DNA of 20,000 nt from an uncultured virus (IMG/VR IMGVR_UViG_3300020409_000013) (taxonomy: Duplodnaviria > Heunggongvirae > Uroviricota > Caudoviricetes > Kyanoviridae): the IMG/VR virus record IMGVR_UViG_3300020409_000013, one strand, 5' to 3'. The position numbers were made by a program, and so were the translations under genes. The notes under the pieces were generated by a model. It had not been told where the DNA came from. It ran no database searches and saw only the letters and a program-made list of their open reading frames with translations. Of the stretch, positions 16,996-20,000 are shown piece by piece (position 1 is the first letter of the stretch; each line of letters begins with the position of its first letter).

Positions 16996-19900
16996 ATGGC
17001 AAATAGAATACAATTAAGACGTGATGGTGCTCAGCAGTGGGCAAACATTAACCCGATCCTCGCCCAAGGTGAGTTGGGTATCGAGATCGATACGTCGAGA
17101 CTGAAAATTGGTGACGGTGTTACTCCGTGGAATAGTCTTCGCTACGAGCGACCACTAGAGACGGAAAGTAATACTGCGAACACTCTTGTAAAGAGAGACG
17201 CCGATGGTAACTTCGAGGCAGGTGCCATTACTGCTTCATTGGTGGGTAACTCCGCTACAGCAACTAGACTAGCAAACGCTAGACAGATCTCCCTTGGTGG
17301 TGACATGTCTGGTAGTGGTACGTTTGATGGATCCGCAAACTTAACCATTACTGCTGAGTTGAATTATCAACCAGGTCTTCCACACTATGATCCTAACGAT
17401 CTAGATGCTACAGCACAATATACAAGACTAACTGTAGACTCTCGTGGTCGTATCGTGGATGGTGATAACCCCACGACTCTTGCTGCGTACGGTATTGCTG
17501 ACGCTCAGTCTGCAGATACAGATCTACAGTCTATTGCAGATATGACCTCCTTCGGTCTGATGTCACGTCAGGCAGAGGGCACCATTACAACTAGGACTAT
17601 CACAGGTGGTAGTGGTCGTATTATTGTCAATAATGGTAACGCACAAAGTAACAACCCATTTATTGACCTTGCTGATACAACGGTCGTTGTTGGTTACTAC
17701 AACCCTACTGGTAACCTAGACACACCTCTAATCTCAGTTAACCTACCTGATGATCAAACCGTCAACACTACTGAATTTACTGTTGATAGATATGGTCGTC
17801 TGACACAGGCACTTACCATTCCTATTGCTACTGCAAAGGAAGGTAGTGAAGATCCTGTATTCGATAATGCAACAGCATATTCAAGATATGATAAGGTCAA
17901 AAACTCAAGTAGTCGCTTGTATGAGGCTATCGCTGATATCTCTTCTGGAGGCGGTGAGCCTACACACACGGACACCTCCGACGCAGGGTCTTGGAGATAT
18001 CTGGGATCTGCTGTAAGTCCACAGAAAGGTCTTGCATCATTTAACCAAGAAGATTTCGATGTAACAGCATGGAATCCTGCCTCGCAGTATGAGGGAGGAT
18101 TTGTTAGTATTGCTGCAGCAGGTGTAGACAATACACAACTACAAAATAATCGCGTTTCGTTTGCTGACGGAAACACAAAAGAAGACTTTGAATTAGATCA
18201 GGAGTTGACTGCAACTACTGGTTACAGAGGATTCAACTATCTCAACTATGTTAAAGTTAACGATACGTCAGGGTCTCTTCTATTCGGGGCTAATAATACT
18301 GGCGACTCTGGGGCTGGAGAGGTTGATATTAATGTAAGGACATATATTAGTGATCCTGACATTACACTTGACGGTGCCGTAAATCAGAAACTAGACAAGA
18401 CTGGTGACGGTGATCTTACTTTCCAACACACACAAAATACTACAAATAATCGCACCCTGCTAATCAATGCGACTAATGCAGGTAGTGGTAATGCACTTAT
18501 TAACATTACTGCTGAAAATGATATTACAATTAATGCCACTAACGTTGCTAACAGAGTCAACGTAGAGGATTTCCACTTCCAAGATAACGTCATCTCGACT
18601 ACTAACTCAACGTTGGTTATCGATCCTAATGATGATGACGGTGCTACTGGTCTTGTTAGAGTCCGTGGTGATCTTCAAGTAGATGGCACAACTACAACTG
18701 TTAACTCAACTACATTAACTGTCCAAGATCCAATCATCACTCTAGGTGGTGAGGATACTCTTACAACTGATGACAATCTTGATCGTGGTGTAGAATTTAG
18801 ATACTATGATACTCAAGAAAGATTCGGATTCTTCGGGTGGGACGAAGATTATGCAGACAGCAATATATGGTCTGGCACTGGCGGGTATCGCTTCCTCTAC
18901 AATGCGACCAACTCTTCTGAAACATTTACTGGGACTGACGCTCCTATCATTGGTGGTAACCTCAGACTAACTACCAACACACAATCAACCTCAACCACTA
19001 CAGGTACTTTAGTTGTAACTGGTGGTGCAGGTATTTCTGCTAACGTATACATTGGTGGCACACTTGATGTTGCCCAAGATGTAGACATTAATAGTGGAGA
19101 GATGACCGTTACTGCATCTAACGGTAACATCTATACACAAGGTGACTTGCAGGTAGACAGCAACGTTATTCTTGGCACAGATGCAAACGATACTGTTACT
19201 GTAAACTCTGACTCGACATTTGAAGATGACGTTAGAATTGTCGGTCCTAATACAGTATTTTCTATCACAAACGGCACTGCCGAAAAGTTTGTCATCGATA
19301 GTGACAACGGAAATATCCACAGTGATGGCACCCTTGATGTCGATAGTGGTGTTACATTCAACAGCACACTTGATGTAGATGCTGCTGTCACCTTTAACAG
19401 CACTCTGGATGTAGACGATGATTCAGTATTCCATAATGACATCACTCTTGATACTACTGGTAAGTATTTCAAGATTACTAATGGCACAGATGATAAGTTT
19501 ACCGTCCTATCTACAAACGGTAATACTGACATCAGAGGCACACTGACTGTTGGATCTGCTGTAACATTTGAGAATAATCTACAAGTAGATGGAAACATTA
19601 CACTTGGTAATGCTTCTACTGATATTCTTACTATCAATTCTGATACTACAATCACAGATAATCTCACAGTCAATCAGTCTGTTGACTTTGATAGTAGTCT
19701 TAATGTTGACGGTGCAGTTGATTTCAACTCAACTCTTACAGTTGATGGTCTGACTACAATCTATGATTCTGTAATCATTCAGTCTGATAACGAAGTATTT
19801 AATATCAATAATGCATCTGGTCAAATCCAATTTGCAGTTGATAGCGATAACGGTAATACAGTCATTGGTCGTGTTGGTCAGGGCACAGGTACACTTACTG

Positions 19901-20000
19901 TCCACGGTGACGCAACATTTAACGACAATACACAGTTTACTGACAACGTAACTATCGGTAATGCAAACACCGATACTCTTACAGTCAATAGCAACACAAC
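16996..20000 (+). CDS. Long tail fibre protein (3'-truncated, >1000 aa) with Mtd_N-like N-terminus; absent from the ORF track because there is no stop in the window
   Basis: ATG 16996: MANRIQLRRDGAQQWANINPILAQGELGIEIDTSRLKIGDGVTPWNSLRY (major-tropism-determinant N-terminal-like). Followed by GNSATATRLANARQISLGGDMSGSGTFDGSAN, GDLQVDGTTTTVNSTT, DDNLDRGVEFRY and STSTTTGTLVVTGGAGI fibre motifs. Frame reads open to 20000. Confidence 0.9.
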   Translation, partial: MANRIQLRRDGAQQWANINPILAQGELGIEIDTSRLKIGDGVTPWNSLRYERPLETESNTANTLVKRDADGNFEAGAITASLVGNSATATRLANARQISLGGDMSGSGTFDGSANLTITAELNYQPGLPHYDPNDLDATAQYTRLTVDSRGRIVDGDNPTTLAAYGIADAQSADTDLQSIADMTSFGLMSRQAEGTITTRTITGGSGRIIVNNGNAQSNNPFIDLADTTVVVGYYNPTGNLDTPLISVNLPDDQTVNTTEFTVDRYGRLTQALTIPIATAKEGSEDPVFDNATAYSRYDKVKNSSSRLYEAIADISSGGGEPTHTDTSDAGSWRYLGSAVSPQKGLASFNQEDFDVTAWNPASQYEGGFVSIAAAGVDNTQLQNNRVSFADGNTKEDFELDQELTATTGYRGFNYLNYVKVNDTSGSLLFGANNTGDSGAGEVDINVRTYISDPDITLDGAVNQKLDKTGDGDLTFQHTQNTTNNRTLLINATNAGSGNALINITAENDITINATNVANRVNVEDFHFQDNVISTTNSTLVIDPNDDDGATGLVRVRGDLQVDGTTTTVNSTTLTVQDPIITLGGEDTLTTDDNLDRGVEFRYYDTQERFGFFGWDEDYADSNIWSGTGGYRFLYNATNSSETFTGTDAPIIGGNLRLTTNTQSTSTTTGTLVVTGGAGISANVYIGGTLDVAQDVDINSGEMTVTASNGNIYTQGDLQVDSNVILGTDANDTVTVNSDSTFEDDVRIVGPNTVFSITNGTAEKFVIDSDNGNIHSDGTLDVDSGVTFNSTLDVDAAVTFNSTLDVDDDSVFHNDITLDTTGKYFKITNGTDDKFTVLSTNGNTDIRGTLTVGSAVTFENNLQVDGNITLGNASTDILTINSDTTITDNLTVNQSVDFDSSLNVDGAVDFNSTLTVDGLTTIYDSVIIQSDNEVFNINNASGQIQFAVDSDNGNTVIGRVGQGTGTLTVHGDATFNDNTQFTDNVTIGNANTDTLTVNSNT
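19330..19437 (+). repeat. Three tandem 36-nt (12-aa) repeats TLDVDSGVTFNS / TLDVDAAVTFNS / TLDVDDDSVFHN in the tail fibre
   Basis: Seen directly in DNA and translation; related units (SLNVDGAVDFNS TLTVDG) recur near 19690-19750. Confidence 0.85.

Noticed and set aside
16996..17150. Mtd_N-like domain suggesting a diversity-generating retroelement
   Set aside because: This N-terminal domain is common in fibres. No reverse transcriptase, template/variable repeat pair or C-type-lectin VR is visible in the window.
19330..19437. 36-nt periodic repeats as a possible CRISPR array
   Set aside because: They are in-frame tandem coding repeats that diverge at synonymous positions and have no spacers.
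417..19673. Numerous minus-strand and alternate-frame ORFs (60-180 aa) in the ORF track
   Set aside because: All lie within long, motif-rich + strand genes. They look like shadow ORFs from codon bias and have no recognisable motifs.

Overview
Late (structural) region of a T4-like marine myovirus, most consistent with a cyanophage (Kyanoviridae-like). All credible genes are on the + strand and tightly packed: the C-terminal part of a giant gp7-like baseplate protein, a YHYH+Ig-like protein, a gp9/gp10-N fibre/connector with a C-terminal cupredoxin-like domain, a 614-aa virion protein, gp8, a 2479-aa VrlC/DUF4815-like protein, two small coiled-coil proteins and the start of a very long tail fibre (16996 to window end, missing from the ORF track). 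T4-type late promoter motifs ([CG]ATAAATA or CTAAATA) precede several genes. The most striking signal is not a gene: GAAC/GTTC is almost eliminated from both strands (6 sites found by eye in 20 kb, versus roughly 140 expected from composition), achieved by systematic synonymous codon-pair choices. GAAC/GTTC is a known Dnd phosphorothioation motif. Other notable items are depletion of GCTGG/CCAGC and GGCC, a near-perfect antisense sigma70 promoter firing into the VrlC-like gene, and adjacent putative metal-binding modules on baseplate-associated proteins. All family assignments and counts are by eye; no database search was run.
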